Sequence record: MK373792.1
Reading direction: 5' to 3' (one strand)
Length of the DNA: 64,000 nucleotides
Source: Escherichia phage vB_EcoS_VAH1
Positions 57,027 to 64,000 of the stretch are shown here, piece by piece (the stretch's first letter is position 1; each line of letters opens with the position of its first letter). The notes beneath the pieces are model-generated. The model saw nothing but the letters and a program-made list of their open reading frames with translations, was not told where the DNA came from and searched no databases. Both the position numbers and the translations under genes were made by a program.

Positions 57027-57431
57027 TTACGCTTTTGAGCTACGAAAAGTGTCTAAATGGAACACTGTCTGGTTGATCCAAGAATCAAACGCAGCAGAGT
57101 TCTGCATAAGCATTACAGCATTATCACGACTAAATGGAACTTCAGTAGCAGGATCAGCATCTGTTTCAATCAGCATCAGTTTTTCAACGTCACCTACAGT
57201 CAAACCAGTCCAACCTTTAATCGCAGCATCAACGAAAGCTTCAATAAACTTATCATCATCTTGTACCTGAATCAAAGTACCATTAACCCACTCGTCACGC
57301 TTAGCAGAGGTGATAACTCGTTTAGAAGTAGCACGAGACATATAATTAAGCTCTAGCTTAAAGTTCGGCATACCTGGGTATGAAAGAGTGACAGTACGAG
57401 TTTCTAGAGTAATATCTTTTAAGTTAATCAT
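57027..57431 (-). CDS. Putative tail assembly chaperone (first ORF)
   Basis: 134 aa, acidic, in the canonical position between the tail tube and tape-measure genes. Confidence 0.45.
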   Translation of the reverse strand: MINLKDITLETRTVTLSYPGMPNFKLELNYMSRATSKRVITSAKRDEWVNGTLIQVQDDDKFIEAFVDAAIKGWTGLTVGDVEKLMLIETDADPATEVPFSRDNAVMLMQNSAAFDSWINQTVFHLDTFRSSKA

Positions 57432-58327
57432 TATTTTCTTTCTCCAAAGAAGTTTATTTCTACAGGATCTGAATCAGCAGTAGGAATTACATCATACTCT
57501 ACCTGATACAAATCTGAGAAGTTTAGGCGTTTTGAAATACGTGCTAAAGGGAATGTTATAGAAACATACTTATTTTTAATAATTAGTGGAGTTCTTGTTT
57601 CAGGGTCTAGATTCAAGAACTTATCTCCTACCAATCTCTTAACGTAATAGAAAGCTAGTGTTGCGGAAGCATTCATTTCATTGACATAAGCTCGTTTATT
57701 AGTATAAACTTTGTTTATATCAAATATACTTCTATCTTCTCTCCAAGAACATTGTTGTTGGAAGGACATAGATGCTGAAATTAATGCCGGCAGCGGCGCG
57801 CTATTAGTATACACAGCTGGAGGACTATACGGAAGTACTTCACCTTGTGTAATTGTATATCCATCACGGAAAGTAGATACTTCAGAGAATTTTCCAGACT
57901 CAATACCAACATTTAGAATTGGTACACTCTTATCTAGAGAAAAATCAACTGTTGATACATAACAGTTTTCGAAATAAATACAGCTATTATTATAATTAAT
58001 AATATACATATTGAACATAATAGGTTCAATATTAGGAGTATTTCTTGGCAAAAATAAAGAATTTCCCTCACGCGTGAATCCCATCCAATCAAAGAAATTA
58101 GACTCAATAAGCGTAGTACTGAAATTTATTGCCAATGAAATAGATGAAGGATCTTGAGCATTAATAATAGAGTCTGCATAGTTAGTACGATTATGGATAG
58201 TACGTCTAAGAGTCTTAAACTCTTGAAAAGACGTACTAGCATCATAGTTAGAGAGGGCATCGAAATGATACCCCCTACCATCGTACTCAATAACTATTTT
58301 AGACTCTCGCATGAGAGAATAAAACAT
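57431..58327 (-). CDS. Tail tube-associated protein (p140-like)
   Basis: 298 aa, immediately downstream of the tail-tube gene. Confidence 0.5.
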   Translation of the reverse strand: MFYSLMRESKIVIEYDGRGYHFDALSNYDASTSFQEFKTLRRTIHNRTNYADSIINAQDPSSISLAINFSTTLIESNFFDWMGFTREGNSLFLPRNTPNIEPIMFNMYIINYNNSCIYFENCYVSTVDFSLDKSVPILNVGIESGKFSEVSTFRDGYTITQGEVLPYSPPAVYTNSAPLPALISASMSFQQQCSWREDRSIFDINKVYTNKRAYVNEMNASATLAFYYVKRLVGDKFLNLDPETRTPLIIKNKYVSITFPLARISKRLNFSDLYQVEYDVIPTADSDPVEINFFGERK

Positions 58328-58331
58328 TTAA

Positions 58332-59723
58332 TTAACCACCTGTTACAGTAATCTGTTTAGTACCTTTAACTCCAGAACCATCTTTAGCAGTAGCTTCTAC
58401 AGTTACTGCACCAGTTTTACTAGCATGTGCTGTTAATAGTCCTGTTGCACTGATAGTAGCTGCATCGCCAGCAGTAATAGCCCAGGTAACATCCTTATTC
58501 CTTGCGGAAGAAGGAGTAACTTCAACGCTCATCTGAAGAGTTTGTCCAGTCCGAACAGAAGTAGCATCACCGGCAGATTTAACAGTAATTGCGGTTACAG
58601 CATCAATAGCACCATCACCATTAACAATCAAATTATTAATAGTTGTTTTGGTATATTTACTAGAGAAGCCCAAGTAACCCTCATCACCAGCATCCAGATC
58701 TGACGGAATAGCCTTAAATTCTACCGAAGTACCAAGTACATCATCAGTCTCAATAGTAGGAATATTAACGTGTGCCTGTTTAGCTACCAGAATAGCGGCA
58801 GGACGTTCATCATCGTATTCACCACCAAGTACCAGAGCGATTTCGAAGCGGTTAACTACTTTCAGAGTTTTGATAAGATCTTTATACAGTTCCATAGAAC
58901 CAAGAGATTTATCATTCAGATAGGCAGTTAATGAACCAGTTAATTCAAAAGCACCAGTAAAGGAACCAATTGGAATAGTAACACGGGACATTACATTAGG
59001 TGTTAGGTAAGTAATGTTGTTGTTAATAGTAAAAGTACCACCGGTAATTGGTATGTCATAAGACTTATTGGTATCCATATCCTTGATCTTCAAGACGGTT
59101 AGTTTGTTCTTAATGTAAGAACCCTGGATAGTCATATAAGTTTCATCATCAATACCTATTTCATCCGGATCAAATGGTTGCTCATCCAGCGGGATTAACT
59201 GGTTACCATTACCAGACCAAGTTACACGACCAATATCTTCGATATCAACGTTAACTTCTGCCTGATTAATCTGACAGGAATCAATATAACTCCATGCTTT
59301 ATCAGTCAGAATATAAATATGTAACATTGCTAACTCATGATAGGAGTTATCTTTGAAGTTAACCATGAAGTTAGTTGCGTTATTGTGTGCCCCTGTATTA
59401 CCTTCTAAGTTAATAGCTTTACCACTAGAAAGTGCATGCCATAACATATAGTCAGGAACAATTTGTTTGCTAGTAGTTTTATCTTTATACGGTAGGATGT
59501 AAGTAGAGAAACTCCACTCAGCTGCGTTTAAAGAATCGTTAAAACGTTTAGAACCACGAGTTGGACGCGGACCAGCTTCATTAACAGTAATATCTGTTGA
59601 GTTACTGTCCTGACCCCAAGAAATATCATCCTGAACTAGAATCTCTTGCGTGTTGGTCTTATTATGACCAGTCTTAACCGTAGACACGAAGATTCGAGTA
59701 TTACGTAATAGTTGTAAAGACAT
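58332..59723 (-). CDS. Major tail tube protein (pb6-like) with C-terminal Ig-like domain
   Basis: 463 aa; C-terminal Big_2-like segment (...VTWAITAGDAATISATGLLTAHASKTGAVTVEATAKDG...). Confidence 0.75.
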   Translation of the reverse strand: MSLQLLRNTRIFVSTVKTGHNKTNTQEILVQDDISWGQDSNSTDITVNEAGPRPTRGSKRFNDSLNAAEWSFSTYILPYKDKTTSKQIVPDYMLWHALSSGKAINLEGNTGAHNNATNFMVNFKDNSYHELAMLHIYILTDKAWSYIDSCQINQAEVNVDIEDIGRVTWSGNGNQLIPLDEQPFDPDEIGIDDETYMTIQGSYIKNKLTVLKIKDMDTNKSYDIPITGGTFTINNNITYLTPNVMSRVTIPIGSFTGAFELTGSLTAYLNDKSLGSMELYKDLIKTLKVVNRFEIALVLGGEYDDERPAAILVAKQAHVNIPTIETDDVLGTSVEFKAIPSDLDAGDEGYLGFSSKYTKTTINNLIVNGDGAIDAVTAITVKSAGDATSVRTGQTLQMSVEVTPSSARNKDVTWAITAGDAATISATGLLTAHASKTGAVTVEATAKDGSGVKGTKQITVTGG

Positions 59724-59749
59724 TTAATTATTTTCTCCTAATCTGTAAC

Positions 59750-60235
59750 TTATCTGCGAAGTGACCTACGTGGAGGCTGATACCTCACTGTTACATTTAT
59801 TTCTGCTAAACCATATGGGGCCAGTAGACCCTCATCTGTACTAACTGATGTAATGATCATATCAGTTACCTCACATGGGAAGGTCGATCCATTAGGTTTA
59901 CTAACAGTATATTCTAAATTTCCACCTGTGTCAATAACGGTTTTTATATCCGCTACGAGTTTTTCAAGTTGCTCTTGAATGTCTGTTTTCTCTTTATCGT
60001 ACACCAGGATTGGAAGTTCTAAAAACATCCACTGTTGGCCTGAAGGAAGATACTGCCCAGTTTCAGTTCCGATATGAACTGCTACATAAGGAAACTCTCG
60101 TATTTCCTCAAATTTATAAGTTTGACGAGAAACGTTTCCATATAGGTTATTAAAATATTCGTCAGGTTGAGAACCATCCATTTGTTTAGAGATTCGGTCA
60201 ACCATAGCTTGTGCAATACTTGTTCTATGGTCCAT
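59750..60235 (-). CDS. Tail terminator / tail completion protein
   Basis: 161 aa, between the neck genes and the tail tube gene. Confidence 0.45.
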   Translation of the reverse strand: MDHRTSIAQAMVDRISKQMDGSQPDEYFNNLYGNVSRQTYKFEEIREFPYVAVHIGTETGQYLPSGQQWMFLELPILVYDKEKTDIQEQLEKLVADIKTVIDTGGNLEYTVSKPNGSTFPCEVTDMIITSVSTDEGLLAPYGLAEINVTVRYQPPRRSLRR

Positions 60236-60238
60236 TTA

Positions 60239-61006
60239 CTAGGTTCCTTGATTAACCTTAATTTTATATCTGGAGTGAATTAGGTCTCTTGCAGCTTTTG
60301 CTATAGCCTCACCAATAAGTTTTTGTGGGTTTCTAGCGCCAGGATAAGGTCGTAGGGATAATCTTCTGTATGTAGATACTGCCGGATTGAACACAGAATA
60401 TGGACGAGTCATATAATTATATGTTACGTTTAGTTCAGGAGAGCCTTTACTAGTTTCAGAATCACGAAGCATAACATCTTTAATTTTTAAAGAGTTTGCA
60501 AAGCGACCGGTTCTAAACTTTAATGGTGCTCCAGCTTTTTTCATATCCTTTATTAAGTATTCTTTAGCAACTATCTCTAGTATAATCTTCATATTGCTGT
60601 TAGACACGAAACGTCCAGAAGCACCTGTTACTGCACCAGAATATCCATCTTCAACATCACTAGGATCACCAAAGTTTACCTGCACTCTACCAGTAGAACG
60701 TTTTTTACCTACTGAGGATTTTTTACCAGCGGTTGCTTGTATTAGATTCTCCAGAGCACCTAAATCTCCAGAAAGATCTAAACTAGAGGATACAGCTTTT
60801 AATATAGAAGCTGTTCTAATATTAAGGAGATCTTGTGATACAGGTTTTGAAAACTTAAAAGATACTTGAGCAACAGTACCATCTCGGGTAGGATCTTTTA
60901 ACCCTGTTTCAACAGAATATACAACGGTATTCTTATTGTTTTCAGATCGGCTTGCAGTATCTAGCTGCTCTTTAATAATTTGTCTAGCTAGATCAGAAAG
61001 AGACAT
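60239..61006 (-). CDS. Putative neck / head-tail joining protein
   Basis: 255-aa ORF in the head-tail junction module. Confidence 0.45.
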   Translation of the reverse strand: MSLSDLARQIIKEQLDTASRSENNKNTVVYSVETGLKDPTRDGTVAQVSFKFSKPVSQDLLNIRTASILKAVSSSLDLSGDLGALENLIQATAGKKSSVGKKRSTGRVQVNFGDPSDVEDGYSGAVTGASGRFVSNSNMKIILEIVAKEYLIKDMKKAGAPLKFRTGRFANSLKIKDVMLRDSETSKGSPELNVTYNYMTRPYSVFNPAVSTYRRLSLRPYPGARNPQKLIGEAIAKAARDLIHSRYKIKVNQGT

Positions 61007-61518
61007 TATACTCTCCTATATACTTCAATAATAGTACGAATATGCTCTGGAATACCAGATTTAGTGTTATTGAAGGTTACTGTTTCACCACCAATTGTTC
61101 TAGCTTGGCGATAATCTTGTTTGTGCCAATGATCTACTAGCATACATGCTGCAAGTTTGAGATCTTCAGGAATTGGGTTAAATCCACCTTGTGTGTACTC
61201 TACATCCATATAACCTTCTGGAGGACTAAATTTAAGAAGTATAACCCCATCAGAGTATAACTTATACTGTTCGGGATCTATCTCCTTATCATTAATAGTC
61301 ATTTTGGTTACTGAAGTAGCTGAGGGAGAACTTAAAAAATATTTTTTTCTAGTAGGTTTTGTATTGATTAACTGGTCTACCGCATCAGCATCATCCATAC
61401 CTAAAAGGCTAGTAATCAGCGCATTGGCAGCAGTAATCATCATCTCTACTCCAGATTCTAGTTCAGGTCGTTTTAACCCGCCGTATAATCTATAGTCTTC
61501 AGCTGTGATTATTTGCAT
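61006..61518 (-). CDS. Putative head completion / head-tail connector protein
   Basis: 170-aa ORF directly downstream of the capsid gene. Confidence 0.45.
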   Translation of the reverse strand: MQIITAEDYRLYGGLKRPELESGVEMMITAANALITSLLGMDDADAVDQLINTKPTRKKYFLSSPSATSVTKMTINDKEIDPEQYKLYSDGVILLKFSPPEGYMDVEYTQGGFNPIPEDLKLAACMLVDHWHKQDYRQARTIGGETVTFNNTKSGIPEHIRTIIEVYRRV

Positions 61519-61532
61519 TTATTTTTCCCAAT

Positions 61533-61558
61533 AAAAAAGGAGAGCCGAAGCTCTCCTT
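61533..61558 (-). terminator. Rho-independent terminator after the major capsid gene
   Basis: Stem AAGGAGAGC/GCTCTCCTT with CGAA loop, then TTTTTT on the - strand. Confidence 0.6.
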
Positions 61559-61577
61559 ATCGGCTGAAAAGCCTGTA

Positions 61578-62954
61578 TTAAACGGAAGCGTAAGCACCAG
61601 ATACAACGCCATTATTAAAGTAACGTTGCAGGTTAACACGCTGAGTAACGTAGTATGCGTCACGCTGTTTACCAGCTTGGCGCTCACGTTCAACAGTAAC
61701 AGCACGCTGACGTGGCATTACGAAGTTATCTTTATAAACAATAACTGCGAACTCTTTATCAGCCGCTTTAGCTGGGAAGTACTCAGAAACTACAACCGGC
61801 AGACCGTAAATACGACCAACTTGACCTTGCAGTTTAACAGCATCATTACCAACCTGGGAAACATCCTGCCATTCTTCATCTTCCAGCAGATCGTAGTAAG
61901 CATCCATAGATACAATCAGTACCAGTTTGCTTAGCTTCAGACCATGACGGCCCAGTTTACGACGCAGTTTAGAGATAGTTTTAGCAGTTACCAGAACAGA
62001 ACCATCAGCTTTAGCTTCGGTAGTAACTTTAGCACTATCTTCACTAGCAAGAGTCAGCAGACCTTTCGGTTTACCAGAACCATCACCAGTCATGAAAGCT
62101 TCTTCGATAGAAACAGCATGTGCTTCAATCAGACGCTTACGCAGCAGCGGCAGCAGGGAGAAGATTGCATCTTCTTCAGTTTCATCAGTAATAAAGGACT
62201 TAGCAGCCAGTTTATAGGTCTTAAACTGGATTTCTTTAAGAGCGCCTTTAACTTCGTTACCAGTAGTTGTATCATTACCATAAGTAGAAGCATCTACCCA
62301 AGTAGCTTTACCAGCTTCTGGTTCAACCAGCATAGTAAGAATCTTACTGGACATCGGCAGTTCTTCGAACAGTGCACCAACTACCAGCTCTTTCTGCAGG
62401 TCACGAATGATACGCTGAGAGAAGATAGTTTCATAGCTTTCACTAGAAACTTCTACAGAAGAAGAGTTATTTACTGCCTTAAGATGATTCTGACCGTGTT
62501 CGGTTTCGAATACACCTTTTTCCATTACGTAAGACAACAGAACCAGTTTTTCTACTTCATCTTCAAAGTTTTCCTGAGTACCATACAGTGCTTTAGCTAC
62601 GCTATCACCGACGAAGGAACGACCTTCACGAGCTGTCAGCAGGGATTTGATTTCATCCTGAAGACCAACAATAGTTTCCTGCTGTTTTTCTACGGTTTGT
62701 GCAAACAGTTCTGCACTCTTCTTAGATTTCTCATCCAGCGACTTAACCAGTTCCAGAGCCTCTTCCAGACGCTTACGGTCTTCGCCAACTGCTTTAGAAA
62801 CCAGGTCATTCATACGAGCCAGTTCTTTTTCTTCCTGCTCTTTACGCATACGTTCAGCTTCCTGAGCTTTCTGAGCAGCGGTCAGACCTTCCAGAGATTT
62901 AGCCAGATCACCCAGACCAAGTTCTTCTTTCAGCTTATTAATATCAATAGTCAT
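61578..62954 (-). CDS. Major capsid protein (HK97 fold, pb8-like) with N-terminal scaffold domain
   Basis: 458 aa; N-terminal coiled-coil delta-like domain of about 150 aa, then an HK97-like capsid region. Confidence 0.85.
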   Translation of the reverse strand: MTIDINKLKEELGLGDLAKSLEGLTAAQKAQEAERMRKEQEEKELARMNDLVSKAVGEDRKRLEEALELVKSLDEKSKKSAELFAQTVEKQQETIVGLQDEIKSLLTAREGRSFVGDSVAKALYGTQENFEDEVEKLVLLSYVMEKGVFETEHGQNHLKAVNNSSSVEVSSESYETIFSQRIIRDLQKELVVGALFEELPMSSKILTMLVEPEAGKATWVDASTYGNDTTTGNEVKGALKEIQFKTYKLAAKSFITDETEEDAIFSLLPLLRKRLIEAHAVSIEEAFMTGDGSGKPKGLLTLASEDSAKVTTEAKADGSVLVTAKTISKLRRKLGRHGLKLSKLVLIVSMDAYYDLLEDEEWQDVSQVGNDAVKLQGQVGRIYGLPVVVSEYFPAKAADKEFAVIVYKDNFVMPRQRAVTVERERQAGKQRDAYYVTQRVNLQRYFNNGVVSGAYASV

Positions 62955-62971
62955 TTTTAAATAATTCTCCG

Positions 62972-63604
62972 TTATTCTTTAACGTAGCCTAAAGCTATCG
63001 CAAGTTTTTCTAGTTCAGAAAGATTACGTTCTTGAGCTGGGACAGCTTTAGAACTTATTGCAGTAAAAGATTTACGCCATTCAGTATAATCATGACCATT
63101 CATGCTCTTAGCGAGATTGAACGTTGAGTCCTGATTACAAGGTACAGAAACTACCGAAACTTCGTATAGTTCTAAATCTTTAATAATAAATATATCAGTA
63201 GCTTCATCCCACTCTGCATCTAGGCAGCGGAATCCGATACTAAAAGTTTTCAGTACACCGTTTTTAATTAGTGAAAAGATAGCCGGGTCAGAACTTTCAT
63301 AGATCTCGCATTCGATTTCGAGACCCATTTCAGTAGGGTTAAGATCAATACACTTGCCGATTGGACGACGATGATCGTGTCCGAAAAGAATAATCGGGTT
63401 TTTCATGTAGTTAGCAAGTGCATTAGATGTTTTCCACGCAGAAGCAGGAATTACATCACCAGCGCGATCTTTACTAATTGTGTTAGCGAATCCACGGATT
63501 TTTACAACACCTTCTTTGGATTCGCTATCAATAGATTTAATATAAGCATCTAAATGAACGGGTGCTGATTTTAACTTGTTATAGTCAATAGCAGCTTGTG
63601 TCAT
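62972..63604 (-). CDS. Prohead protease (HK97-family, pb11-like)
   Basis: 210 aa; ILFGHDH active-site region; upstream of the capsid gene. Confidence 0.8.
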   Translation of the reverse strand: MTQAAIDYNKLKSAPVHLDAYIKSIDSESKEGVVKIRGFANTISKDRAGDVIPASAWKTSNALANYMKNPIILFGHDHRRPIGKCIDLNPTEMGLEIECEIYESSDPAIFSLIKNGVLKTFSIGFRCLDAEWDEATDIFIIKDLELYEVSVVSVPCNQDSTFNLAKSMNGHDYTEWRKSFTAISSKAVPAQERNLSELEKLAIALGYVKE

Positions 63605-63607
63605 TTA

Positions 63608-64000
63608 TTAGCCTCCAACACCAGGATTAACTGTAGTTACACACTCGTTAGAGGTTAAACTAGCTTGTTTACTATCAGTAACTACTACTTTATAAGTACC
63701 AGCGTCATCCTCAGCAGCACTAGCCTTAGTAAAGTTAGGTCCTGATGCTTCTTCTAGAGGGGAACCATCCTTAGTCCAAGCATACGTATATGGGGCTGTA
63801 CCGCCACTAACTGTTACGCTTAGATTAATTGCCGCTCCAGTATCAACTGCCAAAGTTTTCTCTAGATTCTTGGTAAAAGCCAGCGGAGGGGTAGGAGGAG
63901 CAGGAGGAACTGCTTTACCATAAGCCTCTACAAATTTCTTCCATACTTTACGGTTAGTATGCGCAGATGAAAGCCCTAGTTCTCTACGCAGAAAAGCATA
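63608..64000 (-). CDS. Capsid decoration protein (pb10-like), 5' end beyond the window
   Basis: The frame is open to the window edge; Pro-rich linker PPAPPTPP then an Ig-like C-terminal domain; the track's start at 63853 is a TTG. Confidence 0.65.
   Translation of the reverse strand, partial: YAFLRRELGLSSAHTNRKVWKKFVEAYGKAVPPAPPTPPLAFTKNLEKTLAVDTGAAINLSVTVSGGTAPYTYAWTKDGSPLEEASGPNFTKASAAEDDAGTYKVVVTDSKQASLTSNECVTTVNPGVGG

Noticed and set aside
61944-62960. 338-aa + strand ORF antisense to the major capsid gene
   Set aside because: Phe/Ser/Thr-rich shadow ORF opposite a high-confidence capsid CDS.
1-64000. CRISPR array, integrase, transposase or prophage attachment features
   Set aside because: No direct-repeat/spacer array, no tyrosine or serine recombinase, no IS-like inverted repeats seen; the only mobile-like elements are free-standing homing-endonuclease genes.

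Overview
This window reads as a T5-like siphophage (Demerecviridae/Tequintavirus-type) segment; the identification rests on gene content, gene order and protein sizes that I recall for T5 (855-aa family-A DNA polymerase, 291-aa D15 flap endonuclease, 949-aa pb3, 204-aa pb9, 458-aa pb8), not on any database search. Coordinates 1-13.8 kb carry leftward early genes (SPFH protein, tRNA-Arg, secreted cell-wall hydrolase, RNase H, thyA, DHFR, nrdB, nrdA, phoH), most preceded by a near-consensus sigma70 promoter. Coordinates 14-43.6 kb carry rightward early genes (T5orf172 protein, nrdD, a Sir2/HAD operon, four free-standing HNH endonucleases, a fragmented NAD-ligase, primase, DNA polymerase, a frameshifted DExH helicase, SbcCD-like nuclease, flap endonuclease, dUTPase). 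Coordinates 43.6-64 kb carry leftward late structural genes (tail fibre, baseplate, tape measure, tail tube, capsid, protease, partial decoration protein). No CRISPR array, integrase or transposase was seen. The most unusual items are the interrupted ligase and helicase reading frames, an ORF-free structured region of about 520 bp downstream of an HNH gene, and the Sir2-containing operon. All calls are by eye from the sequence and the ORF track; non-ORF coordinates may be off by 1-2 nt.
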